From assembly GCA_964106915.2 (NCBI GenBank), contig OZ066914.1: 64,000 nt of DNA; one strand, written 5' to 3'. The notes below the pieces were generated by a model. That model was given only the letters and a program-made list of their open reading frames with translations. It did not search any database and was not told the DNA's origin. The position numbers and the translations under genes were made by a program. Shown one piece after another: positions 11,924 to 23,256 of this stretch (its first letter is position 1; each line of letters opens with the position of its first letter). Source of the DNA: Podarcis gaigeae. Its lineage: Eukaryota.

Positions 11924-13735
11924 TCCGGCTAGGGATTCATCCAGCCCAGCCTTTCGCATGATGAATTCTGCATATAAGTTAAATAAGCAGGGAGACAATA
12001 TACAGCCTTGTCGTACTCCTTTCCCAATTTTGAACCAATCAGTTGTTCCATATCCATTTCTAACTGTAGCTTCTTGTCCCACATAGAGATTTCTCAGGAG
12101 ACAGATGAGGTAATCAGGCACTCCCATTTCTTTAAGAACTTGCCATAGTTTGCTGTGGTCGACATAATCAAAGGCTTTTGGCATAGTCAATGAAGCAGAA
12201 GTAGATGTCTTTCTGGAACTCTCTAGCTTTCTCCATAATCCAGCGCATGTTTGCAATTTGGTCTCTGGTTCCTCTGCCTCTTCTAAACCCAGCTTGCACT
12301 TCTAGGAGTTCTCGGTCCACATATTGCTTGAGCCTTCCTTGTAGAATTTTAAACATAACCTTGCTAGCGTGTGAAATGAGTGCAGTTGTTGGAGCATTCT
12401 TTGGCACTGCCCTTCTTTGGGATTGGGATGTAGACTGATTTTCTCCAATCCTCTGGCCACTGCTGAGTTTTCCAAACTTGCTGGCATATTGAGTGTAGCA
12501 CCTTAACAGCATCATCTTTTAAAATGTTAAATAGTTCAGCTGGAATACCATCACTTCCACTGGCCTTGTTATTTGCAGTGCTTTCTAAGGCCCATTTGAC
12601 TTCACTCTCCAGGATGTCTGGCTCAAGGTCAGCAACCACACTATCTGGGGTGTACGAGCCATCCATATCTTTCTGGTATAATTCCTCTGTGTATTCTTGC
12701 CACCTCTTCTTGATGTCTTCTGCTTCTGTTAGGTCCTTACCACTTTTGTCCTTTATTATGCTAATCTTTGTACGAAATGTTCCTTTCATATCTCCAATTT
12801 TCTTGAACAGATCTCTGGTTCTTCCCATTCTGTTGTTTTCCTCTATTTCTTTTTATTGCTCGTTTAAGAAGGCCTTCTTGTCTCTCCTTGCTATTTTTTG
12901 GAAATCTGCATTCAATTTCCTGTATCTTTCACTAGCTCCCTCGCATTTTGCTTGCCTTCTCTCCCCAGCTATTTGTAAGGCCTCGTTGGACAGCCACTTT
13001 GCTTTCTTGCATTTCCTTTTCATTGGGATGGTTTTCGTTGCTGCCTCCTAAATAATGTTGCGAGCCTCCATCCATAGTTCTTCAGGCACTCTGCCCAGCA
13101 AATCTAAATCCTTAAACCTGTTCCTCACTTCCACTGTGTATTCATAAGGGATTTGATTTAGATTGTATCTTACTGGCCCAGTGGTTTTTCCTACTTTCTT
13201 CAGTTTAAGCTTGAATTTTGCTATAAGAAGCTGATGATCTGAGCCACAGTCAGCTCCAGGTCTTGTTTTAGCTGACTTTATAGAGTTTCTCCATCTTTGG
13301 CTGCAGAGAATATAATCAATCTGATTTCGATGCTGCCCATCTGGTGATGTCCATGTGTAGAGTCGTCTCTTGTGTTGTTGGGAAAGCGTGTTTGTGATGA
13401 CCAGCTTGTTCTCCTGCTTTGTTTTGATCTCCAAGGCCAAACTTGCCAGTTGTTCCTTTTATCCCTTGGTTCCCTACTTTAGCATTCTAATCCCCTATAA
13501 TGAGAAGAACATCCTTCTTTGGTGTCACTTCTATAAGGTGTTGTAAATCTTCATAGAATTGGTCAATTTCAGTTTCTTCAGCACCAGTAGTTGGTGCATA
13601 AACTTGGATTACTGTGATGTTAAAAGGTCTGCCTTGGATTCGTATCGAGATCATTCTATCATTTTTGAAATTGCACCCCAGTACAGCTTTCGCCACTCTT
13701 TTGTTGACTATGAGGGCCACTCCATTTCTTTTACG
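10487..13735 (-). mobile_element. BovB (RTE clade) LINE, 5'-truncated and disrupted
   Basis: Minus-strand ORF pieces give the AP-endonuclease (NQIDYIL, CGSDHQLL), the RT (GVRQGCILSP, LRYADDTTL) and a BovB C-terminus (ALVHGVTKSRTRLND). (CAA)n-type 3' tail. 10-bp TSD GACTGAAGTT at 10477-10486 and 13736-13745. Several frameshifts. Confidence 0.95.
11301..11920 (+). mobile_element. Rex1/Babar-type non-LTR retrotransposon 3' fragment nested in BovB
   Basis: Open frame VKKAQQRLYFLR...IESVLTY...VWYGSC...DPSHPGH.LFELLPSGRRYR...RLKNSFF..AI..LN, typical of the Rex1 ORF C-terminus. TGA 11735-11737, 3' stem-loop, AATAAA and (ATT)n tail. BovB sequence resumes in register at 11921. Confidence 0.85.
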
Positions 13736-15483
13736 GACTGAAGTTAATCCATCCCAAAAATATGTGTGTTTACAGAAGAGCTGGCATCATCATCTGGTAT
13801 CCATGGGCAGCTGCCAGGGCCATAGCACACTGGCAGAACCTTCTGATGCCCGCCCTGACCCTGCTTTTAAATTTGTTCCTCTGGGCCTAGTGGCTATTTC
13901 ACTTTCCCCAATTCCCTCCCCCAGTGTAGTTCCAGGGCATTGTGGAAAAGGTAAATGACAGGCAAGGCCCAAGGTACCTGAACCTTGCTCGCCATTACTG
14001 ACAGGTAAGGCTAGCAAAGCTTATCAACAATGGAGGGGGACCGGGAGCTGACCCCGTTTTGGAGAGAGAAGGAATGACAAGCAGCATATACACTTTGATG
14101 AGGCTCTTAGCTCCAATAAATTGTTCCCCCCTGACAGCCACAGAGTTTCTTGAGTTGCTCCCTTGGTCATGAGGGAGTGAGGATGGTTACTTCTCTCAAA
14201 AAGTACATAAAGCAGAAAGAGGAAGGGGAGGAGGAGAGTACACTCCTTGATCTCTACTGTATGTGCTTTTCAGAGCTCTGATTCTACTAGAGGCAACTTT
14301 TTGCCCAGATTCCTTGGAAAAGTGAAGTGTGTGAGAGTGAGAAAAAGACACAGAGATAGAGAGCCCTCTTTCTGTTTCCCAGGGGTTATAATTGCAGCCT
14401 CCAAGGAAGAGTAAGACCCAGTGAATTAGCATAGACAGGCTTGAACTTTCAAATAACACAAACATAAAAGTTTTCAATCAATAGATTTTGCTAAAATATT
14501 AACCTTCCAGTACAACATAAAACTTACATGGTTATAAGTCTTACAGATTTACACTTACATGGAAATAGATCTCCTTGATTTCAATTGAATTTATTTTTTC
14601 CAAATTACAGGTATTATTATTATTATGATTAGTTATTCAATTTATATACCGCCCTTCATTACAAGATCTCAGGGCAGTTTACCTCAAGATAAAATACAAG
14701 GTAAAAACATAAGTAAATAGATAAAAGCAAAGCAACAAGGCTATAACCCACTAGTTATTTAAATAATGTCTCAACTATGTACAGTGGAAGGGGAAGGAAG
14801 AGAACCTATAAACTGCACATGTGTACACTACAAACACACACACACACACACACACACACAAGCCTGCTTTGCCTTTTATTGCATTCCTGTGGTGCTTAAC
14901 GCCTGCCGCTGTATAACTTTTCAGAATTAGGATAGACTACCGCACTTACAGGACAGGTACTGACACGACAAAAACGCATTGAGATTCCTCTTGCTAGGTT
15001 AAATTATTAAGGCTCTTCCTCAAACAAGAATTACTGGATAATCCTAAAACAATCTCTCAACTAGCCATTTGCTTGCAAAATTGGCAGAAAGCCAGGGCGT
15101 CAGTAACCATAAAATACTGTCCTTTAATTAAAATAACAATTACAGGGGGAGGGGGTTGTTTCAGCATGAACATTATTTGTTCCCTGGCTATAAAAGGATT
15201 TTAGTAACTTTTAGCTATTATTTATTATCCTAAATCCCATTTTCACATACCTTGACACACTGATTACACATTACCTCCAATGTGTTTGGTGAGCCAAGCA
15301 CCCGCAGGCTGTGTCGATGTGAGTTATCTTTGTCTGTGGGGTGGGGTGCAAAGCAGGTTGTATCCTGCTTTGCCATCATGCATTAGACTTATATTTATGA
15401 AGGCACATGAAGGTTCTTAGGTTCCTTATTCAAACCAGTGGGAGAGAGAAAATTTTCTTTTTATAAGTAGGAATATACAATTA

Positions 15484-15660
15484 AAGCTGCAACTCTGTAC
15501 ACACTAACCTCAGAATAAACCCCATTGAACTGAATGGGGCTTACTTCTGAGTAGACATCTATAGGATTGCACCTTAAAGCTGAATTCCCATACAAGACAT
15601 ACCTGGGATTAAGTCCCACTGAACCCAGTCGAACTTGCTTTTTACTTAAAATTTGTACGA
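15484..15660. mobile_element. Two tandem copies of a short (about 90 bp) palindromic MITE, probably PIF/Harbinger type
   Basis: gctgcaa...tacacact.acct...cccattgaactgaatggggcttacttctgagtagacat.tataggattgcacc flanked by TTA/TAA. Related copies near 2080, 7720, 49590, 50005, 59000, 59130 and 63840. Confidence 0.6.
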
Positions 15661-16334
15661 ATGTGCTTTACAAGGCCTTACACTTTTAAAAAAATTAAGA
15701 AGGCTGACTCTCATAGCAGACCTAGTTGTGCTTATTATAGAATATCTGCCACTCAAACACACTCAGCAATTGTTACTTTCTCGATGGCAGTTATGCAGGG
15801 GATGTGCATTGTATTTCTGAAGCATTCCCAAAAGTCCCCAAAGGAGAGAGCAGTCATTCACTGGGGGAAAGCCCCAATTAATTAGTAACAGCAGCTGGAG
15901 CATATGAGTGGCACATAGTTGTTCCATTTTTTTTAGGACAGCTTGCATTTGGATCCATGTGAGACTGCATATTGTTGCTTTGCTTGGAAAAGTTCTGAGA
16001 GATCTGGGAGAGAGAGAGTATGCATAACTTGACTCTCTTCTCCAAATAATTCCCATGAAATACAAATTACAAAAGAATTGCATAGAGGCTCTGGGGGGAG
16101 AAATGAGAAAAAAGAGAAAAATACCAGAGAAAGAAAAACAAATGAAAGGAAATTGCTTGAATATAAACGAGGACCCAAGAACGAAGTAGGATATGAAACA
16201 ACAGACAAACTATTTTAAATTCTAAACCAAACCATATTTCAAAAAGTTGTTGAGCAAAAACGACGCTGCTGGCATGGACACGGCTTGCAGCTGCAGTATT
16301 CAGTATATATCCGGACATATGGCAACCCTAACAG

Positions 16335-16848
16335 AGAGCCAGTGTGGAGTACTGATTTGAGTGTTGGATTAGGACCTGGGAGATGAGGGTTCACATCACC
16401 ACTCAGCTATTGAAGCTCACTAGATGACCTTGGGCTAGTCACCATCACATACAGACATAATTTTATTTGTATGCTGCCTTTCCATAGTTCAAACCATGCT
16501 CAAGGTGGTTCACAACATGATTACAACATAACAAACATAAATAAAATGCACAACCAAACTGAGCAATTTCCACATTAATCATAGTGAGATCCAAAATAAA
16601 GATAACAAAAAATAACAACAATAACAGCAACATCTCTCCCACACCAGCAAAACTTCCCAGCCCTACAGTCTGTTCAGCAGCCTCAGCTTTTGTAGCCAGA
16701 GTCAGTCAGGGTCCAGCTGTCCCTGACCAGGTGGGCAAGGCCTGCAAGGCAGGGGGCAGATATTCCAGGACTCTGAACTAACCTACCTCCCAGGGTTGTT
16801 GTGGGGATTAGAACCATACACAAAACCTTGAGCTCCTTGGAGAAAAGG
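16335..16848 (+). mobile_element. Old tRNA/CORE-like SINE split by an antisense L2-type tail insertion (about 16455-16770)
   Basis: gagccagtgtgg...gagggttc...gatgaccttgggctagtcac then resumes ctaacctacctcccagggttgttgtggggatt...ccttgagctccttggag. Confidence 0.6.
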
Positions 16849-17871
16849 GGGGGGGGGAGCCTGTCTGGATCTCAGCCTCTTGAAACACATAAGCACTCCC
16901 CCTTATTCCAAATACTGTATTGTGGTTCTCAATGCAGTAAGAAAACTGTGTAACCGGTATGACTGTTTTCCATGCAGTTCTCTTGACACAATGGCATCTT
17001 GCCTACAAAATCTGTTCTAAAATATAGAAGAACTTTATTAATTGCACAAACTGAATGCACAGCCTTAAGTCCTTGGGAGTCATTTCAAGAGAACTCCATT
17101 CTGAAGTTGTGTGCGTGTGGATCGCAATACTAAAACACTGGCTCACTTTTTACAGATATTTGCATAAAGAGTTAATTATTGTTATTTCCCCATTATTGTT
17201 ACCTCATCCAGAGCATCCAGTTGATTATTAGGCGACTTTCCCCCCTTTCATTTCTATGCTGCTCTATATTTTTTAGAAAAAAAACCTCAAAGCGATTTAC
17301 AGCTTGTATTAAAACATCAAGTAAAACATTAGAGAATAAAACATTACTCAAGAAAGTATGCATTTAAAGCAACATAATAAACAGGAAACTAAAATATTAT
17401 TGTAAATATTTCAAAACAAAAGGTCAGCTACAGAATGCACATTTACTGCAGCAAAGTTAGCAACAATAAAAACTTCAGGGATGGGGGAGCAAAATAAACT
17501 GGTAACAGCAAATACAGCAAAATTTCTAGTGGCTGCCATTAAAATAAGGGCCACAGTGATGCTACCAAATTTTCATTTATACAATTTCCTATTTATTTTG
17601 GCTATTTTGTCTGCTTAGCAAAAACGTTTTAAGATCACACCTATAGCAATGTACACAATCAGAATAACACACCTCCAGGACCTTCACCCTTCAGCCACTG
17701 GAGAGTTGGCAGTAAAGAGAAACTCTTTGCCCACATGGTTCAAAGTAAAATGTTTTATTGCCTTGAGTCACAAGACAATTATTCACACTACATACATGAA
17801 TGTAGAGATGTTCAAGCATCATAAGCTATACACTAATAACGAACCTGGTCTTAGGAGGTTGTAATCAAAAT

Positions 17872-18281
17872 CATGGACGTAGCCAGGTTTTATGTTGGGG
17901 GGCACAGAACCAAGTTATTTGTCATGCGATTGGTTATTTATTTATTTCTATTTGTTTACTTGATTTAGGGCAGGGGTTGGCAAGGTTTACCTCGCCTGGG
18001 CCGGTTCACTCCAACGGAGATCCCTCCATGGGCTGGATCACATGTGCGATTTCTGGCATCTGTGCAGACGCGATTTCCGGCGCCATGGAAGCGAGTCCCC
18101 ACGCCGCACTGCGCTGGTTTAGCGAAGCGCGCAGGGACTCACCGAGCGGGTGGCTCGGTTCGGAGGCAGCTCATGGGCCGGTTAAATGACCCTTGTGGGC
18201 CACTTGTGGCCCATGGGCCTTAGGTTGCCAACCTCTGATTTAGGGGGTGCAGCTGCACCCCCCCCCCCGGCTAGGCCGATG
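17872..18281. mobile_element. hAT-type MITE (outer element)
   Basis: TIR CATGGACGTAGCC / GGCTAGGCCGATG. Perfect TSD ATCAAAAT. Confidence 0.8.
17971..18237. mobile_element. hAT-type MITE (nested inner element)
   Basis: TIR CAGGGGTTGGCAA / TTGCCAACCTCTG. Perfect TSD ATTTAGGG. Confidence 0.88.
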
Positions 18282-18699
18282 ATCAAAATGGTAAGAGACT
18301 CAAACTGAAGACTTTTCTTCCCCAACGTTTATTTTTTGGGGGGAATAAATAATAAATTCACACAAGACTGTTGTTTTATGGCTATCTTTTGTAGGTTATC
18401 TTGAAAATCTATATTAATAAAAATATTTTTGTGGTTGGTTTTTTTTTAAAAAAACTGCTGGATGCTGGTGACTATTTATCTGTCTACAAACATACACATT
18501 TCTCTGAGAAAGTGTGGGAATGAGTCATGCCAGAAGCCTGTGGCCTTGAACTGGCCCACCACAGCTGGCATTCCAACTCTGAACAGAAATCAGGAGGGAG
18601 GGAAGGGCAACTTGGAGAGACAAACCCAAGCACAAATAATACAACTAACACCAATATTTCCATTACACTGACACTTAAGCTGCCGTGATACGTTTGTGC

Positions 18700-19830
18700 T
18701 TCTCTCTTTTTCCTTTGTGAGGGGAGATGCATGACGCACACGCCCCTTTATGTCTCTCAGAGCTTGCGCGCTACCAACTTGGCTGTGGACTTAGAGCCCT
18801 TCGAGGCCAAACTCAGAGCAACCCCAGCCCCTTTTTCTCTTGTTTTTTTTATTTCTTCCAGCCGCTAGACTCGAAGCTGGCAAAAGTTTATCTAGCTCTC
18901 TCTCCCCTTCCCCGCCCCTTTCCACCGCTGGCAGCAACGCCCCTCTTATTCGCACTGCCTCCTCCCCATAAAGGAGGAGCCGTCGACGGAGTGAGCAGAA
19001 CGCAGTTCGTAGTCCGTAGCATCGCCCGCTTGCTTCGCAGTGCGCGTTTTGCTTAGCCATCATGACCAAGCCTGAAATGCCCGCGCCGGCCTCCCCGTTG
19101 AAAGTGGGGCGCTCCCCTGCAGGTAAGTCCTCGGAGGCAGGGCGGGAAGCTTAGCTGCGAGCTGGCGGGGACCTGTCTGTGGCTGGAGAGCCATATAGCA
19201 ACCACGCTTACTCAGGAGGGGGCTAGTGAATGCATTCGGGTTTGCAGGGCTAGGTTAGCAGGGCTAGGACGGTGCGCTTCAGCACAAAATCCCGCCCTCT
19301 TTGGAGATGTTTGTTCCCTCAACAACAACAACAACCGTAGTTTTCTTGAATGAGGAATGAGGCAGGGTGTTACTGGCTCCTAATCTTTTGTGTGTCGCCT
19401 AACTGGAATTTATTCCCCCCAAAAAATAAATGTCGGAGACGAAAAGATGAGAGCCTCGAGGTTGTAAACAGTGGCGCAATAATGCTCCTTCTCTCCGCCC
19501 ACCTTGGTGGGCGTGTGCTTCTCTTGCTGCCCTGGAAGTGTAGTTGTTATGTCAGCCTGTGGTAAAAGCTTTCTTCCCCGCCTCCCCAGATGCGTACGAG
19601 GGCCGAACTGCGCACGAGGCTAAGTGGGTCGTTAGAAACTACGGCAGGTCCCCTCCCCTCTGCGCTGAATGGGAGGCGGCGCGCAATGCGCCTAGGCGGA
19701 GCCGAGTTTCATGTAAAGCTCGGCCTCCAGAGCGCGATCTGCGGAAAAAAGAGGCGGCTCTCCCACTGAGTGTCATTTAAAGAGCGCTTAAACTAGCAAG
19801 CCTTAACAGTGGACCGTGCACGCGTGGTGT
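18700..19830 (+). promoter_or_regulatory. DAPL1: CpG island / DAPL1 promoter
   Basis: Marked CpG enrichment over the flanks. GC box CCCCGCCCC 18910-18918 and TATA-like CATAAAG 18967-18973, about 90 nt upstream of the ATG. Confidence 0.8.
19062..19122 (+). CDS. DAPL1: DAPL1 coding exon 1 (MTKPEMPAPASPLKVGRSPA + 1 nt)
   Basis: ATG in good Kozak context (gccatcATGa) inside a CpG island. Donor GCAG|gtaagt at 19122/19123. The phase joins exon 2 to give ...SPAVKAGGMR, the DAP/DAPL1 N-terminal motif. Confidence 0.9.
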
Positions 19831-20022
19831 TCTCTCAGTACAGGCAATTCTGCATTTCTAGAGCTGCTCCCATTTGGAAGCTCGGCTGTAACAGAGCTTG
19901 TTTACCCCTCAAAGAGTTGCTTCAAACTTCAGACGTCTTCTCTTAACACACGTAGAAACCTTCAGGCTTCAGAGTTAGTGGCCTGTTGTTTGTAGTTAAC
20001 AAACTTGTACTGTAGTTATTCC

Positions 20023-20154
20023 CAGGGCTTTTCAGGGGGAACTTGCTGGAACTTAGTTCCGGCACCTCTCAAGTGGGTTCTGGCAGCTCTCAGGTGGGTG
20101 CCATTGGTATTCATGGTGAATTCTGGCACCTCTCTTTCCAGAAAAATAGCACTG
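20023..20154. mobile_element. hAT-type MITE
   Basis: TIR CAGGGCTTTT / AATAGCACTG. Perfect TSD GTTATTCC. Confidence 0.85.
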
Positions 20155-20232
20155 GTTATTCCTGGTTAGTACTGTAGTGGACACAGCAGTGACTCCTGAA
20201 ATTTGTTGCTTCCCTGTAACAGTGATTAGCTA

Positions 20233-20474
20233 CAGTGGTACCTCGGCTTACATGCGCTTCAGGTTACAAACGCTTCAGGTTACACACTCCACTAACCCAG
20301 AAATAGTGCTTCAGGTTAAGAACTTTGCTTCAGGATAAGAACAGAAATCGGGCTCTGGTGGCGCAGCAGCAGGAGGAGGCCCCATTAGCTAAAGTGGTGC
20401 TTCAGGTTAAGAACAGTTTCAGGTTAAGAACGGACCTCCGGAACAAATTAAGCACTTAACCTGAGGTACCACTG
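20233..20474 (+). mobile_element. Tc1/mariner (Tigger/pogo-like) MITE
   Basis: TIR CAGTGGTACCTC / GAGGTACCACTG. TA TSD. Internal cttcaggtta repeats. Confidence 0.9.
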
Positions 20475-20711
20475 TAATGGTATTGCGACTTGTTGATGAG
20501 GTGTTTGAAAATCAAGGTGGTTAACAAAAACGTCCTAGATAAAAATATGAAAGCGAGGCTGTCCAGTCATCACTTTGCCCTGTGTGTAAAAACCAGTGTT
20601 TCCTCTAGCTAAGAATCATAGCGCTAAGCAGTTAAAAAGTCTTAAGTGTTTTTACTTTTCTTGGTTCCCACCAATTAGTGGTGAGCCAGGTTGCTCCCTG
20701 GAGCAAGACAG

Positions 20712-21237
20712 TTTGAGCATATTACACCAATCTTGGTTTGACTGCACTGGCTATCAATTAGTTTCCAGGCCCAATTCAAAGTGCTGGTTTTGATCTATAA
20801 AGCCTTAAATGGCTCAGGTCTGCAATACCTGAAGGACCACCTCTTTCCATATGAATCTACCAGGACCCTGAGATCATCTTCTGAGGCCCTCCTTCGTGTG
20901 CCTCCTCCTCGAGAGGTCTGGAGGGTGGCAACACAAGAACAGGCCTTCTGTGCAGCAGCTCCCCGTCTGTGGAATGCTCTCCCCAGGGAAGTTCGCCTGG
21001 TGCCTTCATTATATACCTTTAGGCGATAGGCAAAAATGTTCCTTTTTAACCAAACCTTTGGTTGATTTGATTGACATCCTATGCGCTTTTAGAATGTGGG
21101 GGTTGGGGGGGGTTAGTGGGTTGTTGTTTAATTTGATTATGTGGTTTGTGGTTTTATATTTTGATTTTATTCTGTGAACCACCCTGAGACTTCGGGGTAT
21201 AGGGCAGTATATCAGTTCAATAAATAATAAATTAATA
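20712..21237 (+). mobile_element. L2 LINE 3' fragment
   Basis: Degenerate EHITP...LHWL...FKVLVLIYKALNG.G.QYL...RTLRSS...LWNALP. 3' end tgtgaaccaccctgag...gggcagtata plus (AAT)n. Confidence 0.88.
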
Positions 21238-22847
21238 GGGCTGTGATTGAAAACAAGAGCGTGAGATTGTGGTGGTGAAGAAGACTGGATTAGGTGCAAG
21301 GCAATCTCAAAAAGAGACAATTGCACATACAGTACTTTTGTAACCGAAGAAAATCTTTAATATAAAATATTTCAATAAAATAAAAACCCTGCTCAAAGAA
21401 TGAAGATTGAGACAGTAGATAAATTTCACCCTGACCTATCTTGCAGGGTTGTTATAACGATGAAAATAAGCATTAGTTTCCTAGCTGCACCAGGAATCGA
21501 TGAAAGCTTGTAAAAATTGCAGCGTTTTTTTCTAATCAATCCAAGTCTTCCATATCTGAATGTCTAATGAAAGCTGCATTTCACCTCTTTTAACCACTCT
21601 TGTGCCTGAAGCTCATATCCAGGACTATTTTGTTTGTTTATTGTTAATTCAGTTTATTTCCCACTCTTTCTTCTGAAGCAGCCAAGGTACTATTTGCGGT
21701 ACTTAATAAATTTATACCCTGCCTCTCCACAGAAATGTTTGAGGTGACTCACACAAATAAAATATGTAAACATATTACATAAATTTAAAACTAAAACTGA
21801 AAAGTGCAGATAAGACACCTTAAAAAAAAGGCAAATGAAAAGGACTTTATTTGGTTCCCAAAAAACACAAGTCGAGGCAGCAGAGGCACAAAGTTACAAA
21901 TATGCCTTCATGTGAGGGCATTTAACCAAAGTTAAATTTAAGTCTCTGCTTAATCTGGCAGTTTTTAGATGTAATGTCTTGTATGACATGGGAAAAGAGT
22001 AATTTATTTCAACAATCATATCTGAAATATCTTTAAGTTCTTTTAAAGATGAGTTTGTTTGACGTTGCTCAACATTGAAATTATTGTTGCCAGGTCATCT
22101 TCAGCTTTAATTACTGCTAATTGGTTTTATAATTGACAGGCACGTTAACAGAGCATAATTATTACTTGGGAGAATGCAGACAGTCAAATGCATCATACCA
22201 GCACAAGAAGTACCTCTTTATTCTGAACTATTGGTGATAGATAAATGCAAACATTATTTGTCGTGGGGTATGCTCAGATCATGGCTACTTGGAGGCCAAA
22301 TCTAGACTACAAAAGGTTTTGTTAGAACTCCAGGTTACTACTACTTTTTATATGATTTATCTAACCTATGGTTGCAAAGAAACTTTGAGATTGAAGGCAA
22401 AAACACTAAAATATAAATCTTCTCTCTCCATATTTTGCAATGTTAGCCAAACCCTTTCAAGGATAGATTTAACTTTTCCATGCTTGATGGCAAGGACTGT
22501 TAAGTTTTCTAAATAAGTGCAACATGCCCATTCTTAAGATGTATGGGAGCCACAATACAAACGTGTGGGACAGCAGTTGTATTATGGGTCTTCCCCACCT
22601 ACATTCCTCCCTACTGGTGGGAAGGCAGAGTCACATGCAATTAATTAGTCTTTTCAAGGGACTATGTTATTGACCCATACTGCAGCTGTGTGGGATACAA
22701 ACAAAAAGAAACACCTTTCTGTTTGTGCATGGGTGTAAAAGGCAGCAGTACAAACAAATTCATGAATGTTCTGTTCATAGAATCAAAGTGATCATATTAA
22801 CAGTGTAGCTTAAGACCCACTGTACACCTGGGCAATAGTTTAATGAT

Positions 22848-23002
22848 AAGAAGAGCACATGGTTTGTACATGTTGGTTAGATGGTTCACACCGTAACATA
22901 GGCAGATTGGGCTGGGAAAGATCTTGGACAGTCAGTGATGGACTATACCAAGCTAGGTGGACCAGTGGTCTAACCTGGTACAAGGCTACTTCCTGTGTCC
23001 CT
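22848..23002 (+). mobile_element. Degenerate Squam3-like tRNA SINE
   Basis: 3' end tggaccagtggtctaacctggtacaaggctacttcctgtgtccct resembles the copies at 42400 and 45100. Confidence 0.6.
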
Positions 23003-23168
23003 GAGGAATGCAAGTGCTCCGGACTAAGTGCCTTGTGAATTAAAATCTGTATCTTGCCTGCCATTCTAAATATGTATTTGGCAACATATGTCTTGCATAA
23101 TGTGAAACAGACCAATTGCTTGGGGGTTATCTGCCAGTCACACATGTTATCACTGCTTTCCTCTACAG

Positions 23169-23256
23169 TCAAAGCTGGAGGTATGAGAGTTGCCAAGAAG
23201 CTGGAGAATGCACCTGTTGAAAAAAGTACCAAAATCCCAGCGAGAGACAAGACTAG
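23169..23256 (+). CDS. DAPL1: DAPL1 coding exon 2 (VKAGGMRVAKKLENAPVEKSTKIPARDKT)
   Basis: Acceptor ctttcctctacag|, donor AG|gtatgt, 88 nt. Contains the VKAGGMR signature of the DAP family. Confidence 0.95.

Noticed and set aside
10526-13051. Plus-strand ORFs of 150-175 aa over the LINE
   Set aside because: Antisense shadows of the BovB coding strand.
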